Positions 27,993 through 36,324 of a stretch of DNA of 44,647 bases are shown here, piece after piece (position 1 is the stretch's first letter; each line of letters opens with the position of its first letter). The position numbers and the translations under genes were made by a program. Below the pieces are notes generated by a model, which was not told the origin of the DNA, did no database searches, and worked only from the letters and a program-made list of their open reading frames with translations. The DNA lies in the sequence record SRR20825006_1977; one strand, 5' to 3'.

Positions 27993-30218
27993 CTAATCTA
28001 TCCCGAAATTTTTAACTGTTGTACTGTTTACATAGAGTACACTTGCTAAGTTGACAAAGTCTGAGGCGTTGGACATTAATTCTGCTTCAACATTACGTTC
28101 ATCGAAACCAATCATTAACAAATCAGCATCTTTCGAATGAAGTTGAATGAGCGCATTTCGATCATCTCGCTTGCTGTATTTCAGGTACTTAACATTTGTT
28201 TTTGAAATTGGAATCCGCCCTGTGAAAATGAGTTCATCAAAGACCGCTTTTTCTTCCTCGTACTGATCTTCGTCCAATGTAACGTAAACCTTTGCTTCTC
28301 CTCGTTTCCAATCGTTATTTCCAAGAATGATGTAACTGAGTACGATCATCATTTGAGCATTATTTAACTGATCAGGATCGATCCAAATGTGAATGTCGTT
28401 CATTATCCCAAATCCTTTTGCAGATGTTGAGAGAACACAAATGTCGTGCTCATCTGAGCGCATCAAAGGATAATTTTCTACGATTTTCGCGGGTTGTTCC
28501 TCGTTTCCTCGCTCAAAATCCAGAAGAATCATGTTGTTGTCTTTTCCAGAAACTCCAGGGAGTTGAAGAACCTGAACGAGCGATCCAGTATAACTAGGGG
28601 CAATAATTGTATCAAGATAAAAATTGCTTTTGGAGACATTTGCAATTCGAATCATGCGTTTTAATGTTTCTTTGGCTTCCGTTGCGGTTTTCACATTAAA
28701 TTCATCTTTGGTCCAGTGGACATAACTTCCAAAACCATGCTTTCGCGTGATCCATTTCATCATTTGAAAACTGGAATTCTGTTTGAAAGTTTGGTCAGAG
28801 AATGCAACGAGTGAAGGTCGCCACGTTTCGTTGATTTGATCCTTTTCTGTTTTCTGAAGGAAGACCTGAATGGATCGGCTAAATTGGAAAATAACTCCTT
28901 GGAAAATTCCTGCAATTCCTTGTTTTTCTCCCTTCGTTTTTGAACTTAGATAATAATAAATGGCAACCATTAATGACAGGGCGAGAATTGCATACATGGT
29001 GTTCATTTTAAACATCATGTAAAAACACATGATTCCACCAAATAATGAAATATACCAGCGCGATCGGAAGGTTGGGCGATAAGAAGGGTCTCCAGAAAAA
29101 TGTTGGAAGAAGGAAATTAAACAGAGCGATCCGTACGTCACCATAAAGAACATGGAAATGATTTCAGCCACAAAGTTTACGTCTCCGATTCCCACGAAAA
29201 TAATCGCAATTACCATCGTTACTAAACTTGCGGAGAACGGTTCGTTATTTTTGCCTTTTCCTTTGGATAGGAAACGATTCATTTTTGCATTCGGAAATAC
29301 TTTGTCTTTTCCAAGTGCTTGAAGGGTTCTTGGAGCAACCAAATAGGAGCCGAGCGCGCTAGAAAATGTTGCAGCAGCCAGTCCTATAGGAATTATTGGT
29401 CCCCATGAAGCGATGTTACTCATCACAAGTTCATTCCCAACAAGATCACCTGTACCAGCAGAAACAGCCAGTTTTAGTGCAATAAATACGTAGATAATCA
29501 TCCCAGCGATAGTAGCGATCAACGTTCCTTTTGGAATAGAAACACTTGGGTCTTTGAGATCGCCTGACAAGCCTACACCAGCTGTCATACCCGTAAAAGC
29601 AGGAAAACAAATGGCGAAAACGAGAAAGAAAGACTCTCCATCTGGTGTTACGCGTGTAAGTGTTTCATACGTCATTCCTTGCCAGTCACCTTGTCCAGTG
29701 AAAAACATCACTAGGGAGATAAAAAGAATAACGACAACGACATACAAGGCTTTCATTCCCACATTTGCTCCTTTGGTAAGAATAAGAAGAGTGAGAAGCC
29801 CAAGACACGGTAGAGTGACCAAGCGCGTATCGGGAAGGACGAATTGATAAGTTACTTCGAGCCATTCGAGGAGAGGTTCAAATGAAACTCCCATTGCTAC
29901 AATGTAGAACGCGACTGAAATGGCTTGTGAGAGGTAAAGAGAGATTCCAATTGCTGATCCTATGGTAAGGCCGAACGAGCGACTAATGATGAAATATTCT
30001 CCACCGCCTTCCACTTTTTGATTGGTAGAGATTTCGGCGATTGCCATTGCGGTTGGTATAGTCACTAAATGCCCAAGTACAATAATTCCAAGAGTTCCTA
30101 AAAATCCAACATTCCCAACAGCATAGCCAAAACGGAGGAACATGATTGCTCCAAGAATCGTTGAAATGGCCGTTAGGAACACGGGCATTGTACCAAATTT
30201 TTTAATCGCGGTAGACAT
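27993..30218 (-). CDS. SLC12/cation-chloride cotransporter (CCC) family transporter, APC superfamily
   Basis: ILGAIMFLRFG, ISTNQKVEGGGEYFIISRSFG, FPAFTGMTAGVGLSGDLKDPSVSIPKGT, YRPTFR, WRPSL and a large cytoplasmic C-terminal domain parallel NKCC/KCC motifs. Confidence 0.88.
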   Translation of the reverse strand: MSTAIKKFGTMPVFLTAISTILGAIMFLRFGYAVGNVGFLGTLGIIVLGHLVTIPTAMAIAEISTNQKVEGGGEYFIISRSFGLTIGSAIGISLYLSQAISVAFYIVAMGVSFEPLLEWLEVTYQFVLPDTRLVTLPCLGLLTLLILTKGANVGMKALYVVVVILFISLVMFFTGQGDWQGMTYETLTRVTPDGESFFLVFAICFPAFTGMTAGVGLSGDLKDPSVSIPKGTLIATIAGMIIYVFIALKLAVSAGTGDLVGNELVMSNIASWGPIIPIGLAAATFSSALGSYLVAPRTLQALGKDKVFPNAKMNRFLSKGKGKNNEPFSASLVTMVIAIIFVGIGDVNFVAEIISMFFMVTYGSLCLISFFQHFSGDPSYRPTFRSRWYISLFGGIMCFYMMFKMNTMYAILALSLMVAIYYYLSSKTKGEKQGIAGIFQGVIFQFSRSIQVFLQKTEKDQINETWRPSLVAFSDQTFKQNSSFQMMKWITRKHGFGSYVHWTKDEFNVKTATEAKETLKRMIRIANVSKSNFYLDTIIAPSYTGSLVQVLQLPGVSGKDNNMILLDFERGNEEQPAKIVENYPLMRSDEHDICVLSTSAKGFGIMNDIHIWIDPDQLNNAQMMIVLSYIILGNNDWKRGEAKVYVTLDEDQYEEEKAVFDELIFTGRIPISKTNVKYLKYSKRDDRNALIQLHSKDADLLMIGFDERNVEAELMSNASDFVNLASVLYVNSTTVKNFGID

Positions 30219-30224
30219 ATTTAA

Positions 30225-31046
30225 TTACGAGTTTTTAATATGGATATCTCGTTGAGGAAATGGAATCGAAATCCCATTTTCTTTTAGGCTGTCGTAAATT
30301 CTAAAGCGAAGATCACTTTTGATATTGTCAATTCGGAACGACTGCTGTGACCAGAAAATAAGTTCAAAATTGATTGAAGAATCACCAAACTCTTTGAATC
30401 GAACGAATGGTTTAGGTTCATTTTCGATCGGTTCCATGCCTTGCATGCATCTTTGTAGAATACTTTCTACGACTCGTGCATCTGAACCGTAGGCTACACC
30501 TATGTCGAGAAAAAATCTTACGCTGTCGTGATTCGCGCTCCAGTTCACCACTTTTTCAGAGACGAATTTCGAGTTAGGTACTATCACTACTACATTGTCG
30601 CGAGTGAGAATTTGACTGTTTCTAAGGTTGATTTCTTCCACGCGTCCTATAATTCCATCCACCTCGATAATTTCGCCAACCTTAATTGTTCCTTCAACGA
30701 GTAAGAAAATTCCAGACATGAAATCGGAGAAAATGTTTTGAAGACCTAGTCCAATTCCCACTAACAAAGCGGCTGAACCAGCTAGCAGAATTTGGACTTT
30801 AAATCCAAGAACTTCAATGGCTGCAATAACAGAGATGACGAGAATGAAATACTTAATGAGCAAAAAGATTGAATGTCTTCGTCTTTCTTCCGTTTTGTCT
30901 CCGCGAAATCTAGGTTGTTCTATAAGTCGCTTAAAAACGGCAATCACAACAATTGTTGCTAGGACCACTATTGAAAGCGCAATAACATTGGAAACTTTTA
31001 AACTGTACTTTCCAAAGTGAAAAATTTCCCAATCAATCCATTCCAT
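30225..31046 (-). CDS. Small-conductance mechanosensitive channel (MscS family)
   Basis: LLVGIGLGLQNIFSDFMSGIFLL, IKVGEIIEV, VIVPNSKF, IGVAYGSD, FGDSSINF, ISIPFPQRDIHI. Confidence 0.95.
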   Translation of the reverse strand: MEWIDWEIFHFGKYSLKVSNVIALSIVVLATIVVIAVFKRLIEQPRFRGDKTEERRRHSIFLLIKYFILVISVIAAIEVLGFKVQILLAGSAALLVGIGLGLQNIFSDFMSGIFLLVEGTIKVGEIIEVDGIIGRVEEINLRNSQILTRDNVVVIVPNSKFVSEKVVNWSANHDSVRFFLDIGVAYGSDARVVESILQRCMQGMEPIENEPKPFVRFKEFGDSSINFELIFWSQQSFRIDNIKSDLRFRIYDSLKENGISIPFPQRDIHIKNS

Positions 31047-31058
31047 AATGCTTTCTTT

Positions 31059-31886
31059 TTATGATTCTTTGTGTTTCACAATTTTGTATGACGCAGCGTA
31101 AAATTCACTCGCAGGGATAACATGGAATTCATTTTCTGATTGAATGACCACAGACGTTTTTGAGATCCTCTCGATTACCCCTGAGATTTCACCATAAAAA
31201 ACATGATCTCCTTGCTGAAGTATACCGCGATTATAGTAATTTTTAAGCAGATCACCCACAACTTCTTTAGCTCCCCACCCAAATGAGATCGCAAAAGTAA
31301 GGGCTAACGCACCGATTATTATGTAGAGTTGTGTGCTGATTACTGAAATGTTTACACCAGCTTGAGAAATAGCTGTTAACGAAACAATAAGAAGTAAAAA
31401 GTAGAATAGAACATCACCTAAAATACGTCCGATACCAATTTTCATAGTCTTGGTGACCTGTTTTATCGCGTCTCTAATGAATGCAGCGATCGTATATCCA
31501 AGGGCAAAAATGAGCATTGCGCTTAGAATTCTTGGGATGTAGTGAATGAATACAGAGATTTCTTTTGATACATTGTGCCAACCGAACGTTTCAGACGCCG
31601 CAACGATGGCAAAAAGGAAGATTAGCCAATAAACAATCTTGGAGATAATTAATGGGAGATTGATATCGTATGCATATTTTTCTGAAATCGAGCTCAAGGA
31701 GAAAGCCTTTGAAATCTTACTGCTTTTTGAGCGTTCAAGGAGTCTGTAAATTAATTTAGAAACAAGTTTGGCGATCAACCAACCTCCAATTAAAATTAAT
31801 AAACCGATTAGTAACGTTGGTAGAATCTCAACTGATTCATTCCATAATGCATCAAATGCATGTTTTAAATCTTCACGGGTTCTCAT
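31059..31886 (-). CDS. TM-helix-repeat MscS-superfamily protein (CmpX-like)
   Basis: Repeated LPTLLIGLLILIGGWLIAK / IPRILSAMLIFALGYTIA, FAISFGWGAKEVV, short MscS beta domain GDHV...GVIERI, no C-terminal cage domain. Confidence 0.82.
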   Translation of the reverse strand: MRTREDLKHAFDALWNESVEILPTLLIGLLILIGGWLIAKLVSKLIYRLLERSKSSKISKAFSLSSISEKYAYDINLPLIISKIVYWLIFLFAIVAASETFGWHNVSKEISVFIHYIPRILSAMLIFALGYTIAAFIRDAIKQVTKTMKIGIGRILGDVLFYFLLLIVSLTAISQAGVNISVISTQLYIIIGALALTFAISFGWGAKEVVGDLLKNYYNRGILQQGDHVFYGEISGVIERISKTSVVIQSENEFHVIPASEFYAASYKIVKHKES

Positions 31887-32083
31887 TCTTCTTTGTTTTT
31901 AGAATTAGTGGAATTCTTGGAGAGTGTTTGCCCTAGGTCTTTTGATACTAAAGGAATTTTTTTTCCGAAAAGATCACCAAATTCTTTGGCAAGCAAATAA
32001 AGATTCGCTGCATTGAGTAACTTGTCTTTACTCTGTGCAGGAACTTCACGTTCATTTAGCTTTTTGGAAAAAAAATCTTTCAT
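31883..32083 (-). CDS. Small hypothetical protein (66 aa)
   Basis: ATGA overlap with the next gene; ATG 21 nt downstream of the ECF-type promoter motif. Confidence 0.75.
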   Translation of the reverse strand: MKDFFSKKLNEREVPAQSKDKLLNAANLYLLAKEFGDLFGKKIPLVSKDLGQTLSKNSTNSKNKEE

Positions 32084-32104
32084 CAAACACTATTCTGTGT
32101 TTCT

Positions 32105-32132
32105 ATGACGCCACAATTTAAATGTAGTCACA
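32105..32132 (-). promoter_or_regulatory. Putative ECF-sigma promoter, copy 1
   Basis: Minus strand TGTGAC-tacatttaaattgtg-GCGTCAT; same boxes and 15-nt spacing as copy 2. Confidence 0.75.
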
Positions 32133-32732
32133 TTAAATAAGGTATAAAATAAGAAACACTGATATTTCCAAGTAGTGGTCGAAGCCTTTATTGTTTAAAG
32201 ATTCTTTCATTTTGTCTCTTGTTCTTACGAGTTTCATTTTAACAGCGCTCAGACCAAGGTCTAATTGATCCGAAATTTCTTGAACTGAGAGTCCTTCCCA
32301 GTAGTGCATCACCAATATCATACGTTCAATTTCACTGAGTTCATCTATGACTCTTTGCAACTGCTTTTTAAGCTCTTCCGACTCGTTAAGTTGGTCGATA
32401 CTTGCGAGTAAATCTTCTGCGTCACCAGAATATTGTTCGGTAAATTCTTCTTTGCGGTGTTTACTTTTCGCACGAAGTATATCCATGCAGTGATTGTAAC
32501 AAATTGTATTTAGCCAAGGTTCAACTTTACTATGCTCCTTGATCGATTGAATTCGGGTAAAGGCCTTCATGAAAATATCTTGAAGAGCATCAGAAGCTAC
32601 GGCTTCGTTCTTCAAGATAAATACACAACGGTTATAGATCTTTTTGCCAAGAATATCATAGAGCTCACCAAGCGCTGAGATGTCTTCGTTGATTAACCGT
32701 TTTGTGAGAGATTCAGAGAGCTCATTCTCCAT
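32133..32732 (-). CDS. ECF-subfamily RNA polymerase sigma factor
   Basis: Region 2 ASDALQDIFMKAF...WLNTICYNHCMDILR; region 4 LSEIERMILVMHYWEGLSVQEIS...SAVKMKLVRTRDKMK. Confidence 0.93.
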   Translation of the reverse strand: MENELSESLTKRLINEDISALGELYDILGKKIYNRCVFILKNEAVASDALQDIFMKAFTRIQSIKEHSKVEPWLNTICYNHCMDILRAKSKHRKEEFTEQYSGDAEDLLASIDQLNESEELKKQLQRVIDELSEIERMILVMHYWEGLSVQEISDQLDLGLSAVKMKLVRTRDKMKESLNNKGFDHYLEISVFLILYLI

Positions 32733-32774
32733 ATTCAGAGACTTATGTTGAATTTATAACGACCTTTTGAGAAT

Positions 32775-32782
32775 CAAATGTA
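32775..32782 (-). promoter_or_regulatory. Housekeeping -7 box upstream of the ECF sigma gene
   Basis: Minus strand TACATTTG. Confidence 0.5.
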
Positions 32783-32816
32783 CAAATTCCTTTTGTCAAT
32801 GAATAGAACAGATTTT

Positions 32817-33638
32817 CTATCGTTGAGTGTTTAACTGGCTCATTTTCTGGCGGTAATTTTTTATCTCCGCTGCCTCAGATGAACGTTGAGATTCGAGTGT
32901 CTCTATTTTTTGAATTTCTTCCTTGAGTTCCAAGGAGTTTTTTTCAATCTCAGTTAGATATTCTTTTTCTTTCTGCTCTTCTTCGGCTATTTCTTCCTGA
33001 AGTTCTTTAAGTTTCTCAAGAAGTGAAGCCTGTTTTTCTTTAGAGCGATCTACCTTTGTAGTGTACTTGGACTCTGTTTTAATGAGCTTAGCCTTTGAAT
33101 CATTCAGTTTGCCGAGTGATTTAGTGGTCTTTTTTAGATCACTTTCTTTTTGATCAATCATCTCAACGTAGTAAATGTTGCAGTAATCTACAACGAAACC
33201 TTTTAAATAAGATGTCACGTTATCCGATTCTTTCTGATAATTAGTCGAATTAACGAAAACATCTGTCCCGAAACTCATCCAAAGTCGTAATCGCTGCCCT
33301 TCCGAAGCTTCAACAAGTTCTATGTAAATGCTAAAGTGCTTATCGCTCAAGGAGGTATTGAGTTCTTCAGATGCTGATAGTTGGTTTCCTCTTGAACTTA
33401 GTTTGATGGCGTATTTAGCTTTAAAATCTTTTCGAAGCTTTTTTAGAATCTCTTTCGTGTCGCCTTCGATTGGAGCGTCATAACCGTTGCGCATTACACT
33501 TTCTAAAGGGTACATTCCCTCAGAAACAGTGATAGTTGTTTGGCTATATGCAGACTGGCTTGAAATTACGAGTGGTAAGATCAAAATAATCATCGTGCGA
33601 TAAACGATGTTTACAAGATAGTGTAGAGATGTGTTCAT
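32817..33638 (-). CDS. Exported hypothetical protein with long C-terminal coiled coil
   Basis: Signal-like segment ending SQSAYS-Q, alpha/beta N-terminal part, E/K-rich heptad C-terminal half; ATG 33638 chosen because the track's GTG 33692 lies inside the promoter motif (ATG 33593 also possible). Confidence 0.8.
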   Translation of the reverse strand: MNTSLHYLVNIVYRTMIILILPLVISSQSAYSQTTITVSEGMYPLESVMRNGYDAPIEGDTKEILKKLRKDFKAKYAIKLSSRGNQLSASEELNTSLSDKHFSIYIELVEASEGQRLRLWMSFGTDVFVNSTNYQKESDNVTSYLKGFVVDYCNIYYVEMIDQKESDLKKTTKSLGKLNDSKAKLIKTESKYTTKVDRSKEKQASLLEKLKELQEEIAEEEQKEKEYLTEIEKNSLELKEEIQKIETLESQRSSEAAEIKNYRQKMSQLNTQR

Positions 33639-33665
33639 TTTGTCAATATTATATGTTTCACTAAA

Positions 33666-33693
33666 ATGACGCTGAGAAATCAACTTGGTCACA
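33666..33693 (-). promoter_or_regulatory. Putative ECF-sigma promoter, copy 2
   Basis: Minus strand TGTGAC-caagttgatttctca-GCGTCAT. Confidence 0.75.
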
Positions 33694-33755
33694 AATTATT
33701 TGAGTTTTATTCTGACTAAAGTCGATTTTTGAGATCAATTAGGTTGGATGATTCG

Positions 33756-34985
33756 CTATCTTTTAGAAATCTGCTGGAGAGTTTTATCTATGGAATTTTT
33801 TGAAGTTGCCGTTACTCCCTCATTTTCTGCGTATGAACTCCAATTACTGATCACGGATTTTGTTTCCTGAATTATTTGACTCGCTGAACTTATCGAAAAG
33901 TGTTCGGCGAGTTCCATAAGTTCTCTAGTGCCTGGATTGTCATAATTTTGCGAGCATGATGTGCTGTGCATTCCCTGAGAGGAAGAGGAAAACGTAAGGT
34001 CGTATGCTGGAGCGAAAGTCCATTCACCGTCTGAATTCATTAGAAAGGCAAAATTCTTGGAATGATCATCTCGGTTATGCGCAAAGACATTAAAAACCGC
34101 TCTTCTGAAGAGTTGTTCGGTAACTTTTGCATGATTGAAGAGTTCGGATCCTTGATTGATGAGGTGTCCATAATCAAGTTGACTGTGTTCATAATCATCG
34201 TGAAAATATCCAGCTGCTGAAATCATGTGAATGCGATTGTTTCCTACCCTGTCAAAGCGTTTTGTTCCGAAGTATTGTTTCCCAGATTCACCTGTAAATA
34301 ATTTGGACGGAGAGACTTCAAGTCCTGCATCTTGCGCCATTTTCCAATACGCCATTTCGATATTTGCGATATCTAGGTTGTCAACATTCGCTGCAAATTT
34401 CACAATCCAATGCTCGAAGCCTTCTGGCAACTCACTTTGATCGGTAATTAGGGCATTGGTTGTGGGATTGTATCCTGCATATACCTTTGGGCGTGCACCT
34501 CCAGGACTTCCTCCTTGGATGAACAAATTATCTACGACTTCAGTGCTTTCTCCTGAAAAGATTTCTTGAATGTGATCTTCAAAGAGGTCTAAGTTTATCT
34601 CACTGCTTTCGTATTCTTCATCAACGCTCGGGCGGTACTTGAGTGCGCCCAAACCATTGCTGTTCACATAGGAAAGTAGATCTAACGCATTTAAGGATTC
34701 GATAGCAGTTCCTTGATGGCTCAAATGTCGCTTCATTACAAGTCGCCCCCATGCGTCGGGAAGTGAATCTGCGAATACTCCAAAAAGTCCACGGAAAGCA
34801 TAGTTCGCAGGACCTTTTTGAATACTATCATCGAATCTCAATTTTATTGGAGAAAGGTTGTGACCTGTTTTGAGATAATCTTCGCTGTATTTAAAAAGAA
34901 TCTCCTTGCCGTCCAAAACAAGTTGTCCAACTAGCTGTTCTTCTTTCGAGAAACAAATAAATATGTTCACCTTCGAGATTCCCAT
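33756..34985 (-). CDS. hipA: HipA-family kinase toxin (type II TA)
   Basis: FADSLPDAWG, P-loop GGSPGGARPK, WIVKF, KRFDR, catalytic HNRDDHSKNF, FAPAYDL. Confidence 0.93.
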   Translation of the reverse strand: MGISKVNIFICFSKEEQLVGQLVLDGKEILFKYSEDYLKTGHNLSPIKLRFDDSIQKGPANYAFRGLFGVFADSLPDAWGRLVMKRHLSHQGTAIESLNALDLLSYVNSNGLGALKYRPSVDEEYESSEINLDLFEDHIQEIFSGESTEVVDNLFIQGGSPGGARPKVYAGYNPTTNALITDQSELPEGFEHWIVKFAANVDNLDIANIEMAYWKMAQDAGLEVSPSKLFTGESGKQYFGTKRFDRVGNNRIHMISAAGYFHDDYEHSQLDYGHLINQGSELFNHAKVTEQLFRRAVFNVFAHNRDDHSKNFAFLMNSDGEWTFAPAYDLTFSSSSQGMHSTSCSQNYDNPGTRELMELAEHFSISSASQIIQETKSVISNWSSYAENEGVTATSKNSIDKTLQQISKR

Positions 34986-34987
34986 TG

Positions 34988-35257
34988 TTATACGTCAAAA
35001 AGTGTTTGTTTGTCATTAAGGTCAGGTGGACGCAGTAGGTGTTCGAAATCTTCCAATCGATTCAGTACTTGAGCTAATTTAAGTAAAGATTCTAAGGAGA
35101 TTTTTCCGGTAGATTCGAATTTTCGGATACTGGAATAGGAAACACCAGATCGTTCTGCGAGTTCTTCGCGAGACAATTTCAATTGCTTTCTGAGTTGCCG
35201 AGTGTTTTCAGCGATCAGCAGGATTGTTTCTTTTGGTGTAAACTTGGCTCCGTACAT
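34988..35257 (-). CDS. XRE-family HTH regulator, probable HipB-like antitoxin
   Basis: RQLRKQLKLSREELAERSGVSYSSIRKFESTGKISLESLLKLA; 2 nt upstream of hipA. Confidence 0.9.
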   Translation of the reverse strand: MYGAKFTPKETILLIAENTRQLRKQLKLSREELAERSGVSYSSIRKFESTGKISLESLLKLAQVLNRLEDFEHLLRPPDLNDKQTLFDV

Positions 35258-35320
35258 AATTGCTACTATAGTGACAAAAGTACGTAAATTTTACCGATAA
35301 TTGTCATTATAATGACAAAA
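35256..35320. promoter_or_regulatory. Two 18-bp palindromic operators flanking the hipBA promoter
   Basis: TTGTCATTATAATGACAA (35301-35318, perfect) and TTGCTACTATAGTGACAA (35260-35277, imperfect); minus-strand TACTTTTG at 35275-35282. Confidence 0.8.
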
Positions 35321-35331
35321 ATGATTTTTGG

Positions 35332-36300
35332 TTATTGGATGAGAAGATTGCATCCTCGAAGGTCAGAATGATCGAATCGGCCCATTATTTCAAACGAATT
35401 TCCAGACTTTTTCCCTAAGTCTTGAGTTGCAATAAATGAACAGCTGTATAGATTGGCAAGATCTATAACGTTTATTCCTCCCGTTTTACCTTCGTCCACA
35501 TAAGAAAATGGGTCGTTGGTTTCTCGGATCAAGATTTCCATCCAAGGACAGGTATCAAAACTACCATCGGTTTTGCTATACGCTTGAGAGAGAAGCTCCG
35601 TCATTCCGTATTCAGAGGCTATTCTTGGTTGGTTAAATGCTTTTTTTAATTCTGAATGGAGTTCAAACTTGGTAAGCTCTTTTCTTCGACCTTTCATTCC
35701 GCCAGTTTCAATAATAAGTGCTTCGCGAAGGTCTGGTAAATGATCTGCAAGATCCAAAAGAGCATAGGAGACACCGAAAATAATCACCTTTTTGCCTAAA
35801 GCGATTCCCTTTTTGTAGTGTTCAATTATCTTGGTTGGATCATTTAAGAGAAAAGCGGAAAGCTCATTGTTGGAACGCTTGATTAAGTGATCGACCATGT
35901 AAACAAGACTTGACTCTCCTTGTTCAATGTAGTTGGGTAGAAGAGCAAGAATTACCTGGTTTTCTGGTTCTCCAATGAATTGACGGTAGATTTTGTCAAA
36001 AGCTCTTTCGTAAATAGAAGGTTTTACAACGAAGTGATTTGATCGATCTCCGCCAGTTCCGCTGCTCTTAAATATAAGTTCGGAAGATTGATTTTGATCG
36101 ATAATCGTGTGCGATTTAAAAAAGGAAATAGGCAAAAAAGGAATTTGATCTAACCGTTTCGGTTCGTCCCAATTTAGATAGTCCAAATATTCGCGGTAAA
36201 CGATGCAATTGCTTCGTTGGTATGCATACACTTCCAAAGCAAGCAATTCGAAATCGCGCGCGTTTGAACAGTTAAATATTCGATCTTCTAACTCTTTCAC
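35332..36300 (-). CDS. LuxE-like acyl-protein synthetase / acyl transferase
   Basis: IPFLPISFFK, FKSSGTGG, ETGGMKGRRKE, SEYGMTELLSQAY, IDLANLYSCSFIATQDLG, GRFDHSDLRGC; GTG start. Confidence 0.9.
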   Translation of the reverse strand: MKELEDRIFNCSNARDFELLALEVYAYQRSNCIVYREYLDYLNWDEPKRLDQIPFLPISFFKSHTIIDQNQSSELIFKSSGTGGDRSNHFVVKPSIYERAFDKIYRQFIGEPENQVILALLPNYIEQGESSLVYMVDHLIKRSNNELSAFLLNDPTKIIEHYKKGIALGKKVIIFGVSYALLDLADHLPDLREALIIETGGMKGRRKELTKFELHSELKKAFNQPRIASEYGMTELLSQAYSKTDGSFDTCPWMEILIRETNDPFSYVDEGKTGGINVIDLANLYSCSFIATQDLGKKSGNSFEIMGRFDHSDLRGCNLLIQ

Positions 36301-36324
36301 TTCGCAAAGATAAGATTGTGCTTA

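Noticed and set aside
35332-36300. LuxE-like gene as evidence of bioluminescence
   Set aside because: No luxAB or luxCD nearby; stand-alone LuxE-like genes are common in Bacteroidota
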